A DNA stretch of 64,000 nucleotides from Thermodesulfobacteriota bacterium (lineage in GTDB: Bacteria > Desulfobacterota_D > UBA1144): the NCBI GenBank assembly GCA_036340075.1, contig JAYYZJ010000005.1:109625-173624 (forward strand), written 5' to 3'. The translations under genes and the position numbers were made by a program. Positions 61,733-64,000 of this stretch are shown piece by piece (position 1 is the first letter of the stretch; each line of letters opens with the position of its first letter). The notes under the pieces are model-generated. The model saw only the letters and a program-made list of their open reading frames with translations, was not told the DNA's origin and did not search any database.

Positions 61733-61816
61733 TGCCCAGGGCCGGACTCGAACCGGCACGGTCGTGAAACCGAGGGATTTTAAGTCCCTTGCGTCTACCT
61801 ATTTCGCCACCCGGGC
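61733..61816 (-). tRNA. tRNA-Leu (anticodon TAA), no encoded CCA
   Basis: Reverse complement GCCCGGG...AGGGA-CTTAAAA-TCCCT, long variable arm, GGTTCGAGTCC...CCTGGGCA. Confidence 0.96.
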
Positions 61817-61822
61817 TTTGTT

Positions 61823-61894
61823 AGGCGGTGCCCGGATTCGAACCGGGGTATAACGGTTTTGCAGACCGTCGCCTTACCACTTGGCTACACCGCC
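61823..61894 (-). tRNA. tRNA-Cys (anticodon GCA), no encoded CCA
   Basis: Reverse complement GGCGGTG...ACGGT-CTGCAAA-ACCGT...GGTTCGAATCC...CACCGCCT (U discriminator). Confidence 0.96.
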
Positions 61895-61940
61895 AGATTA
61901 ATGAAAGGATATTTATACATGAAATTAATTGTTTAGTCTA

Positions 61941-63053
61941 TTAGCTATAAATTTTTATTTCATTGTATAATGCATCTCTTTCAACAGGCAAATATCCAGC
62001 ATCTTTAATTGTTTTTACAAAGAAATCTCTTGTGTGACCTACTTCAGACTGTGCTCCGGCATCATGAATTATTTTTTCTGTAATTATTGTTCCATCAGCA
62101 TCAGATACACCATAATGAAATGTAACCTGAGCCGCTTTCTCACCTAAAGTAATCCAGTAAGCTTTAATGTGCGGAAAATTATCTAAAAATAATCTTGCTA
62201 AAATATGAACCTTTAAATCATAAGAAAAAGGAAATGGCTTGACATCTTTCAACATTGTATTGTAAGGCTGAAAAAGAACTGGAATAAAAGCCAAAAAACC
62301 TGAGGTTTTGTCTTGCAAATCTCTTAGTTGGCTTAAATGATCTATAACATCATAAATCGATTCTAAGTGTCCATATAAAATAGTAGCATTTGATGGTAAT
62401 CCTAATTTATGAGCAACCTCATGTATTTGTAGCCAAGACTCACCTGTTGTTTTCGGAGTACATATTTTTTTTCTTACTTCTGGTGCAAAGATTTCAGCCC
62501 CTCCTCCTGGTAATGCATCTACACCTGCTTCCATAAGCATTGATATAACTTTTTCGAAACTAAACCCTGAAATCTTTGAAAACCAGTCAATCTCAACTGC
62601 CGTAAAAGCCTTAATGTGAGAATTTGGTGCTGCTGAACTAATCTCTCTTACTATCTCTAGATACTTATCAAAGCTCCAGTCAGGATGCAATCCACCTACT
62701 ATATGAATCTCCTTTAAGTCTTCACTTAACAAGGATAAAATTTCATCTATTTTCATTTCATACGCATCTGTTGTTCCTTTTCTTACACCAAATGCACAAA
62801 ACTTACAATGCTTTGAAAGGGCACATACATTTGTTGGATTAATATGTCTATTAACAACAAAGTATATTTTATCTCCGTCTTTTAAATATTTTTTATATCT
62901 TGCTAGAACGCCTAGTGAATTTACATCTTCTGACCTCATTATCAACTCAGCATCTTGCAAATCTAGTCTTTTATTAAGTAAGATTTTCTCTTTTAGCTGT
63001 ATTAAGTTTCTATCTAAACAAAGAGAATCAAAATTTTCTAATAAGTTTTCCAT
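61941..63053 (-). CDS. mqnE: Aminofutalosine synthase (radical SAM)
   Basis: N.HINPTNVC...CKFCAF, HIVGGLHP, HIKAFTAVEI, PGGGAEIF and HIKAYW motifs typical of MqnE. Confidence 0.9.
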   Translation of the reverse strand: MENLLENFDSLCLDRNLIQLKEKILLNKRLDLQDAELIMRSEDVNSLGVLARYKKYLKDGDKIYFVVNRHINPTNVCALSKHCKFCAFGVRKGTTDAYEMKIDEILSLLSEDLKEIHIVGGLHPDWSFDKYLEIVREISSAAPNSHIKAFTAVEIDWFSKISGFSFEKVISMLMEAGVDALPGGGAEIFAPEVRKKICTPKTTGESWLQIHEVAHKLGLPSNATILYGHLESIYDVIDHLSQLRDLQDKTSGFLAFIPVLFQPYNTMLKDVKPFPFSYDLKVHILARLFLDNFPHIKAYWITLGEKAAQVTFHYGVSDADGTIITEKIIHDAGAQSEVGHTRDFFVKTIKDAGYLPVERDALYNEIKIYS

Positions 63054-64000
63054 TTTTCATTAACCATAGAGGATATATCTTTGTCCATCTCAATCACTTT
63101 AGGGTACCAGGATTTAAAAGTGGCATCTACAATCATCTGCCCCTCAAATGTGACTGTTGAAGATTTCCTTTTACAATCTTGGAAATGAATATCGATAGAC
63201 GGATCAAATCTAGTAAATATTCCCCATAGTAAATCTACATTGTCTTCTATCCTTATATCCATACTAACTAGAAAGATGATTTTGAAATCATTTAATATTT
63301 TTTTTGTAAAAATTTCTTCAATTAATTTTTCAGGAGAATAGTCTGAAGAAATAACAATAATATTCTTATTGATTACCTTATAATTTCTTATATTTTCACA
63401 AGCAATTCTTGGGTCTCTTATAACTACCGGATTAAAATTATCCTTTGATATCTCTCTCCCATCACCTATTGCATTAAATCCTACTTTGCTGCCAACATGC
63501 ATTTTTCCACTTGTAAAATCAAGAGTGTCTAAAGGCGTTGTTTGCAATAGTGTTAAATCTCGTGAAGGATTAAAATTTGCTCCAAGATATCCAAAGACCT
63601 CTTCTAGATTTTCTGGGTTAACAAAACTTGGAACAGTAATGATGCACTTTGTAAGAGAAAGTTGACCTGTCCCCCAAATTGACATCATACATTTCACGGA
63701 ATTTTTAGGATATCTTTCATCAACTGAAACAACTAATAGATTATGAAATCCAGCCTCATAATAAGCCCATAAATCTATAATTTCTGGATTAACCAGCCGA
63801 ATCAAAGGACCAAAGATATGTGTTGCTGCCATTCCTAAATACATATCTTCTTTGGGAGGCCTTCCTACAACAGTTGCTGGAAATATTGCATTATGTTTTC
63901 TAGTAATCGTTTTAATGTTTAAAAATGGGAATTGGCTTTCCATTGAATAGTATCCAAAGTGGTCTCCAAAAGGACCTTCAAGTTTAGTTTCATTTAAAGG
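63038..64000 (-). CDS. UbiD-family decarboxylase (menaquinone/futalosine pathway), 5' end outside the window
   Basis: Frame is open to the window edge: EGPFGDHFGYYS...ATVVGRPPKED, WGTGQ.SLTK, LDTLD, WGIFTRFDP; adjacent to mqnE. Confidence 0.9.
   Translation of the reverse strand, partial: PLNETKLEGPFGDHFGYYSMESQFPFLNIKTITRKHNAIFPATVVGRPPKEDMYLGMAATHIFGPLIRLVNPEIIDLWAYYEAGFHNLLVVSVDERYPKNSVKCMMSIWGTGQLSLTKCIITVPSFVNPENLEEVFGYLGANFNPSRDLTLLQTTPLDTLDFTSGKMHVGSKVGFNAIGDGREISKDNFNPVVIRDPRIACENIRNYKVINKNIIVISSDYSPEKLIEEIFTKKILNDFKIIFLVSMDIRIEDNVDLLWGIFTRFDPSIDIHFQDCKRKSSTVTFEGQMIVDATFKSWYPKVIEMDKDISSMVNEKWKTY

Overview
A 64-kb stretch of an AT-rich (roughly 30% GC by eye, not computed), very densely packed bacterial chromosome. 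It is mostly housekeeping genes in short, shuffled operons: fumC, trxA, hisS, gyrB, dcd, pheS, dapB-tgt-yajC-secDF, uppS-dxr-rseP, serS, rpsB-tsf-pyrH-frr, gatC/gatA/gatB, gshB, carA, panBCD, obgE, ribBA-ribH-nusB-trpDC and the futalosine-pathway genes mqnE and a UbiD-family decarboxylase. It also holds a MacAB-TolC-type exporter and five tRNAs, none of which encodes CCA. BamD and TolC show the cell is a diderm. The gene mix fits a streamlined Desulfobacterota-related lineage such as marine Dadabacteria, but that is inference and unverified. I saw no mobile elements, CRISPR arrays or rRNA. The best candidate for an undescribed system is at about 20.3-25.3 kb. There, a CarH/LitR-type MerR regulator has lost both conserved cobalamin-site histidines (W-x9-EH became W-x9-ER; ExHxxG became QKAELG). 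It is transcribed divergently from a non-primary RpoD/RpoS-like sigma factor across a 118-bp spacer carrying CarH-box-like 11-mers on both strands. A tiny basic ORF, an SRPBCC-TIGR01777 fusion, pdxH and a DUF1285 gene follow. Other notable items: cdsA is missing from the uppS-dxr junction, there is a cytidylyltransferase plus DIPPS-like CDP-alcohol phosphotransferase pair, a ChdC/HemQ-like gene in a diderm, an MqnE with a CX5CX2C motif, a 3-Cys DksA, a NusB with a large insertion, a 54% Asp/Glu orphan protein, and apparently pervasive leaderless transcription.
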